IMG/VR virus record: IMGVR_UViG_3300042691_025398
Location: 55,814 to 119,813 of that record
Source of the DNA: a virus
Taxonomy: Duplodnaviria > Heunggongvirae > Uroviricota > Caudoviricetes
Length of the DNA stretch: 64,000 bases
Reading direction: 5' to 3' (one strand)
Shown one piece after another: positions 10,837 to 21,202 of the stretch. The stretch's first letter is position 1, and every line of letters begins with the position of its first letter. The notes beneath the pieces were generated by a model. The model ran no database searches, was not told the origin of the DNA, and worked only from the letters and a program-made list of their open reading frames with translations. Made by a program: the position numbers and the translations under genes.

Positions 10837-12227
10837 CACAAAACAAAGGCGATCAATCAGTTGGAACCAAAAGCCAGTTCTTAAATTCCGCAGAGCAAAT
10901 GCGAGACACACTAGGACCTGCTCGCTGCTATGCTAAATGGAAACAAGTCAGCCTGCATCTCACCACTGGTATGACCAACAGTTGCTATCATCCACCGCTG
11001 CATGAAATAGATACTACACTGCTGGCTGACAACCCCGGTGCATTACACAACACACCTTATAAAAAAGCTCAGCGCAAGATAATGTTGCGCAATGAACGTC
11101 CCACGGAATGTCAGTATTGTTGGAACATGGAAGACCTTGGTGAACTAAGTGATCGTCATTATCGTTCCGGCGAGCCATGGGCAAACATTGATCTTGATGG
11201 ATTAACTGGTGATGAGGATGTGATACCCAGCTACGTGGAAGTGAACTTTAGTAATGTTTGTAATCTCTCTTGCAGTTATTGCAGCCCTCAGTTTAGCAGC
11301 ACCTGGATGGACGAGGCCACTAGGCATGGAGCATATCCCACTAGCAATAAACATAATGATCCTGCACACTTTACCAATCGTAGGCGCCCCATACCAAACC
11401 GTGAACACAACCCTTACCTAGATGCATTTTGGCAGTGGTGGCCTTCTCTTTATCCAAAACTACGACATTTCCGTATGACCGGTGGAGAACCTCTTCTTGA
11501 CAAAAATACCTATAGAGTTTTTGATTATGTTTTGGCTTCCCCTCACCCTGAGTTGCATTTAAATGTCACAAGTAACTTTAGTGTGTCCAATGAAATATTC
11601 GTACGCTACTTGGATTATGTTAGAAAATTATGCGACACTAGGATCGAACACTTTATGCAGTACGTAAGCATTGATACTGGAGACTGGGATCAAGCAGCTT
11701 ATATTCGACGTGGGTTGATGCCAAGTCAATTCATGGTAAATGTAAATCAATATTTAGAAAAAGTTCCAAACCGCAATAGTTTGACATTCATTGTTACTTT
11801 GAATAATCTAAGTGTGTCAGGTCTAGACCAATTGTTCGATTATATCTTAGAATTGCGTTCAAGACACAGTCGTACCTATCAGCGTGTATGGTTTGATACT
11901 CCGGTGTTACGCAACCCTCGTTGGCAAAGTTTACAAATATTACCGGAATCATATCAACGTCGGATGGAGCAACACATTGACTTTATGCGACAGAATCTAA
12001 TGCCCGAAGGCAGTTTTGTCGGATTCAAGGACTACGAGATACAGAGAATGGAACGTGCATTAGCTTGGATGCGTGAACCACAAGATGCTGACATTGTAAA
12101 ACAAGATCGTGCAGACTTCTATCGTTTTTTTAACGAATATGATCAACGTAGTTACCAAAAGTTTTCAAAAGTGTTTCCAGAAATGAACAAGTTTTGGCTA
12201 GAGTGCGAATCTCATGCCAATGCCTAA
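10833..12227 (+). CDS. Radical SAM enzyme, subtype A
   Basis: NVCNLSCSYCSP (CX3CX2C) and GGEPLL. N-terminal motif AKW..GMTNSCYHPP and a CQYCW Cys pair. Start overlaps the upstream stop. Confidence 0.65.
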   Translation: MTQNKGDQSVGTKSQFLNSAEQMRDTLGPARCYAKWKQVSLHLTTGMTNSCYHPPLHEIDTTLLADNPGALHNTPYKKAQRKIMLRNERPTECQYCWNMEDLGELSDRHYRSGEPWANIDLDGLTGDEDVIPSYVEVNFSNVCNLSCSYCSPQFSSTWMDEATRHGAYPTSNKHNDPAHFTNRRRPIPNREHNPYLDAFWQWWPSLYPKLRHFRMTGGEPLLDKNTYRVFDYVLASPHPELHLNVTSNFSVSNEIFVRYLDYVRKLCDTRIEHFMQYVSIDTGDWDQAAYIRRGLMPSQFMVNVNQYLEKVPNRNSLTFIVTLNNLSVSGLDQLFDYILELRSRHSRTYQRVWFDTPVLRNPRWQSLQILPESYQRRMEQHIDFMRQNLMPEGSFVGFKDYEIQRMERALAWMREPQDADIVKQDRADFYRFFNEYDQRSYQKFSKVFPEMNKFWLECESHANA

Positions 12228-13332
12228 CCTTGTGCTCGACGAGTCTTGCGAAGTCACGGCATTGCTTAAACCCTATGCAACCGACACATTTTGGACTTTC
12301 AAGCATCTGAGTTTCGCATCCGACCGCATTTACGTGGTGGGAAGGAAACAGTTCATTGCCAATCTTGATCTTATATCTAAACTGCTAGACAGAGGGATAA
12401 AAATAGTGTATTCTAATCCATTTGAAGGCAGCGAAACTGTGGTCAGCATTTTGACCAAATTAAACTGCCAGCAGTGGTTCTTCGATCGCAAGGTACTGTT
12501 GATAAGTGGAGGAGATATTGGCCTAGAATGGTATAATTTGAGTTATGATCTTTTTCTTACCAAGGTGCACAACTATACCGAAAATCTAGATGTGATTGCA
12601 AAGTGCGATGAGATTTTTACCAAACAACATAAGCCTTACAAATTTCTTTTCTTGAATGGTCGTGGACGAGCGCATAGAAAATACATGATAGAAAAACTAC
12701 ACGCTCTTGGACTTTTAGATCAAAGTTTGTACACTTGGTTGGATCCCATGGCTCCCGAATCTTCATGGATAAATCAAGATATCATGATCACGCCAAGACC
12801 TATTCACATGTTACCAGTACAGTATGAAGTGCAAAGATATCAAGAGCGTGTGAACCTTGAATACAACACCACTGACTATGCCATGATGAAACTGTTTAAC
12901 AACGAGTGGGGAGCCATTTATCTCAATCTGCCCACTTATACAGACACCTACTTTAGCCTAGTAACTGAAACAGTGGCTGATTACCCGTTTAGTTTTCGCA
13001 CAGAAAAAATCTGGAAGCCCGTGGCCATTGGGCACCCTTGGGTATGTGTGGCCAATTCAGGTTTTTACAGAGACATGAGAAATTTAGGATTCCGTACCTT
13101 TAACGGAATCATTGACGAAGCATTTGATGCCATAGAAAACACACAACAACGATTAGATGCTGTGCTAGGTGTGGTTCAAGAAATCTGTGCCAATCCTATT
13201 GAATTCCTTGATGCCAGTAGAGATATCTGTAAATATAACCAAGCTCACATGTGTGCACTTAGAGAAAAAGTCAGTGCAGATTTTCCAAACAGATTTTTCA
13301 AATTTTTAAGAGACTATCAATGGACGACCTAG
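12214..13332 (+). CDS. GT10-like glycosyltransferase (fucosyltransferase-type C-terminal motif), paralog 1
   Basis: C-terminal YFSLVTETVADYPFSFRTEKIWKPVAIGHPWV resembles the GT10 FucT signature (FENS...YxTEKxW). Confidence 0.5.
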   Translation: MPMPNLVLDESCEVTALLKPYATDTFWTFKHLSFASDRIYVVGRKQFIANLDLISKLLDRGIKIVYSNPFEGSETVVSILTKLNCQQWFFDRKVLLISGGDIGLEWYNLSYDLFLTKVHNYTENLDVIAKCDEIFTKQHKPYKFLFLNGRGRAHRKYMIEKLHALGLLDQSLYTWLDPMAPESSWINQDIMITPRPIHMLPVQYEVQRYQERVNLEYNTTDYAMMKLFNNEWGAIYLNLPTYTDTYFSLVTETVADYPFSFRTEKIWKPVAIGHPWVCVANSGFYRDMRNLGFRTFNGIIDEAFDAIENTQQRLDAVLGVVQEICANPIEFLDASRDICKYNQAHMCALREKVSADFPNRFFKFLRDYQWTT

Positions 13333-14654
13333 AATTCAAACACACTGTCCTTGACCAGTTATCGCCAAGCTTTTGTGCAGCAAAGTGGTATAATGCAACC
13401 ATTTGGCTGGGTTCAGGCATGACCACATCCTGCCACCACCCACCGGCTCATTTAGTGGACATTGATAAAGTCCGTGCTAACCCTAGGTTACTGCACAACA
13501 CAGACCAAAAGAAACAAGACCGTGAGATGATGCAACGCGGCGAACGCCCGGCAGGTTGTGAATACTGTTGGAAAATTGAGGACATGAACCGCGACGCTAT
13601 AAGTGATCGTGTGTACAAGTCTAAGATTTACAAAATAGAGGACATAAACTATGCAAGACACACTCCCGCTTCAGGAGACATCAATCTTAAAACTTTGGAG
13701 ATCAGTTTTGATCGGACTTGTCAATTTGCTTGTAGTTATTGCAATCCCGCCTTTAGTAGCACATGGGTACGCGACATATCTAAAAATGGGCCATATGTGG
13801 GATTGGCAAGTGACGGTCGCAATCATTTCACTCATGCTCACAATAGTGCTCAACTTTATAATTTCGGTGAACAAAATCCTTACGTAGATGCTTTTTTTGC
13901 ATGGTGGGAATCAGACCTCCACAGAACTTTAGACGAACTGCGTATCACAGGAGGCGAGCCCTTGATGTCTGGGTATACATGGCAATTGATTGATTGGTTT
14001 AAAAACAATCCTGGCCGCAGTCAAACTCGTCTGGCAATAAATTCAAATCTTGGCATGGACACTGCCAAGATACAAAGACTGCTTGATGCTTGTGAAGGCA
14101 TTGAATTGGATTTGTACACCAGTAATGAAAGCATGGACATTCAGGCAGAGTATATTCGCGATGGCCTGACATGGAAACAATGGGAAGAAAATCTTTCTCT
14201 GTTGATTCGTAGTGGCAGCATAAGAGGACTGCATGTGATGAACACTGTGAATGCACTGTGTTTAGAAAGCCTGCCAGAATTTTTAACTTATCTTCTCACG
14301 TGGAAATCTCAGTATGGCGCTGACTTTCCAAACTTTACCTTGAACATTTTAAGATTCCCCAGTTTCCAGTCTCCCTTGGTACTACCTGAACACATAAGAA
14401 CTCTGCACCGTGATAGACTACAACGTTGGCTTGACACCTGGCATCATCATGTGATGCTGCAAGAACACGAGCGTAATCATATAAAACGCTTGATTGATTA
14501 TCTTGATGTGGTAAAAACTCCGCATTCTGAATCTTTTGATTTGCCTGTTTTACAAAAAGATTTCAAACAGTTTTATCAACAATATGATTTGCGTCGAGGC
14601 AAAAATTTTCAAGATACATTCCCTACATTGAAAGAGTGGTATGCGCAAATCTGA
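13320..14654 (+). CDS. Radical SAM enzyme, subtype A
   Basis: CQFACSYCNP (CX3CX2C) and ITGGEPLM. N-terminal AKWYN..GMTTSCHHPP and CEYCW, paralogous to 10833-12227. Confidence 0.65.
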   Translation: MDDLEFKHTVLDQLSPSFCAAKWYNATIWLGSGMTTSCHHPPAHLVDIDKVRANPRLLHNTDQKKQDREMMQRGERPAGCEYCWKIEDMNRDAISDRVYKSKIYKIEDINYARHTPASGDINLKTLEISFDRTCQFACSYCNPAFSSTWVRDISKNGPYVGLASDGRNHFTHAHNSAQLYNFGEQNPYVDAFFAWWESDLHRTLDELRITGGEPLMSGYTWQLIDWFKNNPGRSQTRLAINSNLGMDTAKIQRLLDACEGIELDLYTSNESMDIQAEYIRDGLTWKQWEENLSLLIRSGSIRGLHVMNTVNALCLESLPEFLTYLLTWKSQYGADFPNFTLNILRFPSFQSPLVLPEHIRTLHRDRLQRWLDTWHHHVMLQEHERNHIKRLIDYLDVVKTPHSESFDLPVLQKDFKQFYQQYDLRRGKNFQDTFPTLKEWYAQI

Positions 14655-15924
14655 GTACAACGATCCCAAGCCAGTAAAAATAGAATTTGATAGCCTAACT
14701 GATAGGCAGAAGTTTCTCTTAACTGAAAGCAAAACCTTTTGCATCTATCCATGGATACACTTGCATGCATATCCCACCGGAGAAGCACATCCCTGTTGCC
14801 ATAGCACCATGTGGCAATCAGTGGGACACTGTAAAAAGAACACTCTAGAAGAAATCTGGAATCAAGCACCCATGCGAGCATTACGCAAAAACATGCTGGA
14901 AGAAAAGCCCAGTGCAGGTTGTGTACGTTGTTATGAACAGGAAAAATCAGGTTTCATGAGTGGTCGTCAAGGTGCTAACAAACATCACGGACATCATATC
15001 AATCGTGTGGATGAAACTGATCATACCGGACATCTCAACAGATTTGAAATGACCTATTGGGATATTAGATTCAGTAATCTGTGCAATCTAAAATGTCGCA
15101 GTTGCGGATTTATTTTTTCTAGTTCTTGGTATGCAGATCAAGTGAAACTCACTGGCCCAGAGTGGCGTGATAAATTCACTGCATTAAACTATGCTGGCCG
15201 TACTGAAATTGACATGTGGGAACAGCTGATGCCTCATCTTGATTATGTTGAACAAATCTACTTTGCTGGCGGCGAACCTTTAATGATGGAAGAGCATTAC
15301 AACATTCTTGAAGAACTAGAACGTCGTGGTAGATTTGATGTTAGACTGATCTATAACACAAACTTTACACAGACCAAATTAAAGAATCGTTCGGTGTTTG
15401 ACTACTGGCGCAAGTTTGACAGTGTGAGCATTGGTGCTAGCCTAGATGCCATGGGTCCAAGAGCTGAATACATTCGCAAAGGCACTGACTGGGACACAGT
15501 TGAAAGAAATCGCAGCATGATGCTTGAAATGTGTCCTAATGTGGACTTTTATATCAGTCCCACACTCAGCTTGATGAATGCCTGGCATCTAACAGATTTT
15601 CACCGTGACTGGGTTGAACGTGGATTCATACGTGCACAAGATCTAAATGTGAACATACTTCAAGATCCTCCACATTTTAGAATTGACGTGGCTTCAGCAC
15701 ACTACAAAGACATGCTAAGACAGAGATTTACAGAACACATTGAGTGGTTAAGACCATTGGATCCTTTAAAACGTGCTAGTCAAGGATTTGAAAGTGCAAT
15801 CACATTCATGGACAGTAACGACAACAGTAACAAGCTAGATGAATTCTGGGCAAAAACACATCAGCTTGATGTGATCCGTGGAGAGAACATTTTTGACGTG
15901 TTACCTGAGTTAAATCAACTATGA
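14641..15924 (+). CDS. Radical SAM enzyme, subtype B
   Basis: NLCNLKCRSCG (CX3CX2C) and FAGGEPLM. N-terminal FCIYPW...G..HPCCHS and CVRCY. Confidence 0.65.
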   Translation: MRKSEYNDPKPVKIEFDSLTDRQKFLLTESKTFCIYPWIHLHAYPTGEAHPCCHSTMWQSVGHCKKNTLEEIWNQAPMRALRKNMLEEKPSAGCVRCYEQEKSGFMSGRQGANKHHGHHINRVDETDHTGHLNRFEMTYWDIRFSNLCNLKCRSCGFIFSSSWYADQVKLTGPEWRDKFTALNYAGRTEIDMWEQLMPHLDYVEQIYFAGGEPLMMEEHYNILEELERRGRFDVRLIYNTNFTQTKLKNRSVFDYWRKFDSVSIGASLDAMGPRAEYIRKGTDWDTVERNRSMMLEMCPNVDFYISPTLSLMNAWHLTDFHRDWVERGFIRAQDLNVNILQDPPHFRIDVASAHYKDMLRQRFTEHIEWLRPLDPLKRASQGFESAITFMDSNDNSNKLDEFWAKTHQLDVIRGENIFDVLPELNQL

Positions 15925-17156
15925 AAGTACCACATGACAAATTTTGTGTGCTGCCCTGGGTAAGTCTAGAAACATCGCCGATTGGCACAGTGCGTCCATG
16001 TTGTTTGGCCAAAGATGAAATCACAGATGACAACGGAAAAAAATTCCAACTTAAAACCTCGAGCTTCGATCAAATACGAAATAGCAGTCACATGCGAGAC
16101 CTCAGGAATCAGTTCTTGGCCCAAGATAAACTTCCGTCCACATGTGAGCGTTGTTGGGCAGTTGAAGACAGCGGAGGCACTAGTAAACGACAGCACAGTC
16201 TTGACAGACTCAAACATGTTATCCAAGAGCAAACCTGGACAGAAGAAGCAAAAGACCTAGTGTTCTTGGATCTAAAGCTGGGCAACATTTGCAACCTAAA
16301 ATGTCGTATATGTGGCCCATGGAGTTCCAGTACCTACGCCAGTGAAGAAGTTGGTCAGATAATGACTCTAGATCGTAAACAGACCTATGCATATCAAATG
16401 TTGCGTGAAGGAAGATGGCCAAGAGAGAGTCCAGACTTCTGGCAAGAACTTGATGCCATTGCAGATCAGCTGCGTTATCTTGAATTCACAGGTGGTGAAC
16501 CATTTATGATCGCAGAGCACTTTGATTTTTTACAAACACTTGTGGATCGTGGCCTTGCTCCCAACATTGAAATTCATTATAATACCAATGGTACACACTA
16601 TCCTGAACGTGGAGTAGAACTATGGCCTCACTTTAAGCTGGTAGAAGTTGCTTTCAGTATTGATGATCTTGAAGATAGATTTGAGTATCAAAGAACTGGT
16701 GCAAAGTGGTCAGAAGTTATGTCTAATCTTGAACTGTTTAGACAACTGCGAGAACAATCTAATAACATTCAATTGCAATTGTGTTGTACCATTAGCATTT
16801 GGAACGTTGTATACTTCAACGAAATTGCTGCCTGGGCTACTGGTTTCCCCTGGGACTTTGTTTATTGGAATTATCTACATGATTCACCGGTGTGGTGTAT
16901 TGCAAACGTTGTTGAACCAGTCAAAAACAACATAGCAAGGTATCTACGCGGTCAACCAATTGTGGATCAACACGCTGATGCTAGGAATCAAATAATTGAT
17001 TTTATGTATTCAAGAGAGGGATGGATGGGTTGTGGACGTGGCGGTACACTGACCTATGAAATTGAACGCTTTGATAGACTGCGCAATCAACGTTTAGGTG
17101 ATGTAGCTCCACTGTTGGCAACCATGATCTACTACAGCGGACCTTATGATGATTAG
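15921..17156 (+). CDS. Radical SAM enzyme, subtype B
   Basis: NICNLKCRICGP and FTGGEPFM. N-terminal FCVLPW...G..RPCCLA and CERCW. Confidence 0.65.
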   Translation: MKVPHDKFCVLPWVSLETSPIGTVRPCCLAKDEITDDNGKKFQLKTSSFDQIRNSSHMRDLRNQFLAQDKLPSTCERCWAVEDSGGTSKRQHSLDRLKHVIQEQTWTEEAKDLVFLDLKLGNICNLKCRICGPWSSSTYASEEVGQIMTLDRKQTYAYQMLREGRWPRESPDFWQELDAIADQLRYLEFTGGEPFMIAEHFDFLQTLVDRGLAPNIEIHYNTNGTHYPERGVELWPHFKLVEVAFSIDDLEDRFEYQRTGAKWSEVMSNLELFRQLREQSNNIQLQLCCTISIWNVVYFNEIAAWATGFPWDFVYWNYLHDSPVWCIANVVEPVKNNIARYLRGQPIVDQHADARNQIIDFMYSREGWMGCGRGGTLTYEIERFDRLRNQRLGDVAPLLATMIYYSGPYDD

Positions 17157-18438
17157 GCCAGAAACACTGTGCATGGCGCCTTGGGTGCATACCTATCTGT
17201 CCCCACAAACTGAACGTCGTATGTGCTGTGCCAGTCGTGAACCTGCGCAGAATTTTCGTCAATACATTGATACCAAAGCAGGCACAGGCAAGTACATACC
17301 CATTACATTGGAAGAACACTGGAACAGTGATCACATGCGCAGTGTGCGGCGTAGGATGCTTGCAGGTGAAACCTTGCCTGAATGTGAAGTGTGCAACGAT
17401 AAACTGCTTAACACTGACGTATATCGTGATTACTTTAATAATCTTTTTGCGCACAAATGGACTGAAGTGTTGGCCACTACAGGACCTAGCGGAGCTACCA
17501 GCATGCAGCCCGTGAGTTGGGACTATAGATTCAGTAATCTTTGCAACTTCAAATGTCGCATGTGTGGTGACATGCTGAGTTCAGCATGGGAAAGCGAACG
17601 CAGACAACATGACCTCATTGACTGGACTGATGCTAGAAACAATTGGATGCAGCCAGAAGTCAAACAAAAAATCACACAGTTTCAAGATTCAGTTATAGAA
17701 CAAGAATTCGCACAGGCAGTTGAACAACATCGTGTGGAAGAAGTATATTGGGTGGGCGGTGAACCTCTCATGTATGAACAACACTGGCGATACATGCGCA
17801 GGATTGTTGAGCTTGGTGATGGTGCAAAAATTTATGCAAGATACAATACCAATCTTTCAAGAATCAACTATCAAGGTATAAATCTTTACAACGACATACT
17901 AGCACATGTTAGAGATTGGCAAATTTGTGCAAGTCTTGACGGCACTGGTACTGTAGGAGAATACATTCGCACAGGGTTGAATTATGATCAGTGGTTAGAT
18001 AACTTTAGGCAAGGACTAGAGCATCAAAAACACCCACGACAGATGCGCATTGACTTTACACTAACACTACCAGGTTTGCTAGAAGTAGTAAACATTGAAC
18101 GATTAAGTCAAGAGCTTGGCTGCGGACTATTGTGCAAAACAGTGTTTGCTTTCAGCCCAGACAACATGTGGAGTCCACTGATACTACCAAGGCCAATTCT
18201 CAATCAAGTGGTTGACTCTCTATTGGCCAAGGTGAGTACATCGGTGGTAAAGGACATGCTCGAACAACTGAAAACTAGATCCACTTTTGAAGAAACATGG
18301 CCGGATCTTTATCCAGACGCTGTGTTAAAAGGTAAACAAACTGTGCTACAATTAGAAAACATCCGCAAGCACTCAACAACCATGTCAGACATACTGGATA
18401 AGGATGTGATACTAGGAAAGTGGTGGAATGACATCTAA
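17146..18438 (+). CDS. Radical SAM enzyme, subtype B
   Basis: NLCNFKCRMCGD and VGGEPLM. N-terminal LCMAPW....RMCCAS and CEVCN. Confidence 0.65.
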   Translation: MMIRPETLCMAPWVHTYLSPQTERRMCCASREPAQNFRQYIDTKAGTGKYIPITLEEHWNSDHMRSVRRRMLAGETLPECEVCNDKLLNTDVYRDYFNNLFAHKWTEVLATTGPSGATSMQPVSWDYRFSNLCNFKCRMCGDMLSSAWESERRQHDLIDWTDARNNWMQPEVKQKITQFQDSVIEQEFAQAVEQHRVEEVYWVGGEPLMYEQHWRYMRRIVELGDGAKIYARYNTNLSRINYQGINLYNDILAHVRDWQICASLDGTGTVGEYIRTGLNYDQWLDNFRQGLEHQKHPRQMRIDFTLTLPGLLEVVNIERLSQELGCGLLCKTVFAFSPDNMWSPLILPRPILNQVVDSLLAKVSTSVVKDMLEQLKTRSTFEETWPDLYPDAVLKGKQTVLQLENIRKHSTTMSDILDKDVILGKWWNDI

Positions 18439-19489
18439 GATTAAAATGATTTTAAGAAATCCAGTACAAAAAAACAGTACCGTGGAAGTGATCATTGACG
18501 TGCATGACACAGTGCTGTCGCAGGATTGGATCACAGCTTTGACACACTTGATACAAAAGCAATACAAAATTGAAAAGAACTTCTGTTTCATGGGATTTCC
18601 TGATGGCGCACGTGACCTTGATTTTTTATGCGCAGAACTCAATCAAGCCGTGGACACAATCAATCAAAGCGATCTAGACTACATCATACATGATCAAGTA
18701 ACACCAGAACAGTTGTTAGAAGACAAGACCATTCTAAATCATGTGCACAATCATTTTGAAATCTTGCAAGGTACTGTAAATCATCTAAGTGATTTTTACA
18801 AACAAGCTGACTATCGCACCAAATATGCCATAAGAGAATTGAACACTGTGTGTCATGAACTGGAAAGTTTGGTGTTGAGTAAACTGCGTCAACGCACTGC
18901 TCCAGAATGGGTAAGGCTCAGTCAAATCAACACCTGGCTGAATGCACCAAGACACAGTCTACTAGATCAACATCGCAGACCCTGGAGCATGGATTGTTAT
19001 GATCGCCATCTAGGCGAAGTGTACATGCATTGGGCACAGATTGGCAAAACTCTGTTTGAAGTATACAGAGATGAAGGTGCTCCAGAACTCACTGAAGCAG
19101 TGTGTGAAGCCATTACTCATCTAGAGTATTACAGTGGTGAATTTGATATTGAATGGGGCAACAATATCAAATACGCAGACCATGAATGGTGGAGATTTGA
19201 AATTGATGGATTTTATGACTGGTTGAATGCCAATGGCCTTGATCATACAGATCCTAAATTGAGTTTGGGATATTTGCCTATTGCTCAAGTTGATCTACGT
19301 GCATCTTTTGGTAGTGAAGATTATCTCCAGATATGGCCCGTGCTCAGTGATCATCTTGATGTATACAAAATTGAAGTTAACGGGCACACAGCTACATACG
19401 ACTACTGTTGGACTGATTCAGATTACAAACAGCAGCAGATTGCACAGTTGCGACCCGGATACGATCACAGCTCTAAGGACCGTGTATGA
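18428..19489 (+). CDS. Hypothetical protein
   Basis: 353 aa ORF overlapping the last radical-SAM stop. No motif recognised. Confidence 0.3.
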   Translation: MTSKIKMILRNPVQKNSTVEVIIDVHDTVLSQDWITALTHLIQKQYKIEKNFCFMGFPDGARDLDFLCAELNQAVDTINQSDLDYIIHDQVTPEQLLEDKTILNHVHNHFEILQGTVNHLSDFYKQADYRTKYAIRELNTVCHELESLVLSKLRQRTAPEWVRLSQINTWLNAPRHSLLDQHRRPWSMDCYDRHLGEVYMHWAQIGKTLFEVYRDEGAPELTEAVCEAITHLEYYSGEFDIEWGNNIKYADHEWWRFEIDGFYDWLNANGLDHTDPKLSLGYLPIAQVDLRASFGSEDYLQIWPVLSDHLDVYKIEVNGHTATYDYCWTDSDYKQQQIAQLRPGYDHSSKDRV

Positions 19490-19660
19490 ATTGGATAACA
19501 AACATTTGGAAAAGAATTGTTTTGGAAATACGATATCGTAGGAAACTGCGCGAACTGAGAAAACGAGATCCATTCATATACAAATGAACTTTTTTATTTT
19601 GAATCTTTATTTCTACTTTGCTATCCTAGCAGCAATCAGGCTAGGTGACTGGCTAGGCAT

Positions 19661-21202
19661 GTGCATTGTGGTAATTGCATACTGGGGTATGCTATCTTGG
19701 TTGGATCTAGAATGACACACATTCTTGGAGTCAGCGGTGGATTTCACGATGGAGCAGTTGCTCTGATCAACACCAATGGTGATATCTTGTATGCAGCGCA
19801 CAGTGAGAGATATAGCAAGTTAAAAAATGATCCAGGCATCAGTCCAGATCTATTACAGTATATAAAAGATTATGACATCCACACCGTGGCCTTTTATGAA
19901 AGACCCTGGTTGCACAATGTTCAACAGTTTGTAAGCGGACAAAAATCATATACACCTTGGACCACCAAGGGAAGGATTAAGGATCTAATACCAAAGATGC
20001 CTTGGACTCCAAGCACAGTAGAGAGTCATCCACATCATTTAAGTCATGCTGCCGCTGCCTTTCAAACTTCTACATTTGACACTGCTGCTGTAGTGGTAAT
20101 TGATGCCATCGGCGAGTTGGACACTATCAGTATCTATAAAGCCAGTTATAACGATCATGGCCAGGCAGTGTATAAACGAGTGTGGCGACATTTGTACCCA
20201 CACAGTATTGGTTTGTTTTACTCTGCTATGACAAAATACGTAGGCCTAAAGCCCATGGAAGATGAATATATCTTGATGGGCATGAGTGCGTATGCAAATA
20301 TAAACAGTCGTTTGGCAAAAACGCATATAAAACAAAATCTAATTGACGACATACACACAGCAACCTTCCTACGCAATCTACACATTGGCATAGAAGAAAA
20401 CGAATTTGCATTATATGAACCAGAAGACCTTGCAGGAGCAGCTCAACGAATCACCGAAGAAATGATATCTTCGATCATGCGCCTGGCACGTACTCTCACA
20501 GGCGAATCCAATCTATGTTATGGTGGAGGAGTGGCATTAAACTGTGTGGCCAACAGCCGACTGGGGGGATATTTTGATAAGATATGGATTATGCCTAATC
20601 CTGGTGATGCTGGAGCCAGTCTTGGCGCAGCCGCATTGAGTTATGGGCGTAAACTCAACTGGAAAAATGCTTATCTTGGTCATTTTATCAATGGCGACTA
20701 TCCTGTAAAATTTTTACTTGATGAACTAATCAAAAATCAAATAGTTGGTGTGGCAAGTGGCCGCGCTGAGTTTGGTCCACGTGCGCTTGGCAATAGAAGT
20801 TTATTGGCTGATCCACGTGGACATGATATAAAGGATCGTGTAAATGAAATCAAACGCAGACAAAAGTTTCGACCATTCGCACCTGTCGTACTGGAAGAAA
20901 TGGCTGATCAGTACTTTGATTTCAGCCCTGGGTGGAGTGATAGCCGTTATATGCAGTCAGTCGCTCGTTGTAGGAATCCTGACTTGTTTCCTGCTATCTG
21001 CCATGTTGATGGGACCAGTAGAGTACAAACGGTACCAAAAGACAGTTCAGGAATTAGAGAACTCCTAGAAAAATGGTTTGTAATGACTGGATGTCCAATG
21101 TTGTTGAATACTTCTTTAAACATTCGTGGTGAGCCAATGGTTAATGATCGTTATGATGCTCGGCGATTCTCCGAGCTGTATGGCATTAAAGTTTTCACTT
21201 AA
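19661..21202 (+). CDS. Carbamoyltransferase (NodU/CmcH/TobZ family)
   Basis: N-terminal HILGVSGGFHDGAVALINTNGDILYAAHSERYSKLKND is the Kae1/YgjD-like ASKHA start of O-carbamoyltransferases. Length 513 aa. Confidence 0.75.
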   Translation: MHCGNCILGYAILVGSRMTHILGVSGGFHDGAVALINTNGDILYAAHSERYSKLKNDPGISPDLLQYIKDYDIHTVAFYERPWLHNVQQFVSGQKSYTPWTTKGRIKDLIPKMPWTPSTVESHPHHLSHAAAAFQTSTFDTAAVVVIDAIGELDTISIYKASYNDHGQAVYKRVWRHLYPHSIGLFYSAMTKYVGLKPMEDEYILMGMSAYANINSRLAKTHIKQNLIDDIHTATFLRNLHIGIEENEFALYEPEDLAGAAQRITEEMISSIMRLARTLTGESNLCYGGGVALNCVANSRLGGYFDKIWIMPNPGDAGASLGAAALSYGRKLNWKNAYLGHFINGDYPVKFLLDELIKNQIVGVASGRAEFGPRALGNRSLLADPRGHDIKDRVNEIKRRQKFRPFAPVVLEEMADQYFDFSPGWSDSRYMQSVARCRNPDLFPAICHVDGTSRVQTVPKDSSGIRELLEKWFVMTGCPMLLNTSLNIRGEPMVNDRYDARRFSELYGIKVFT

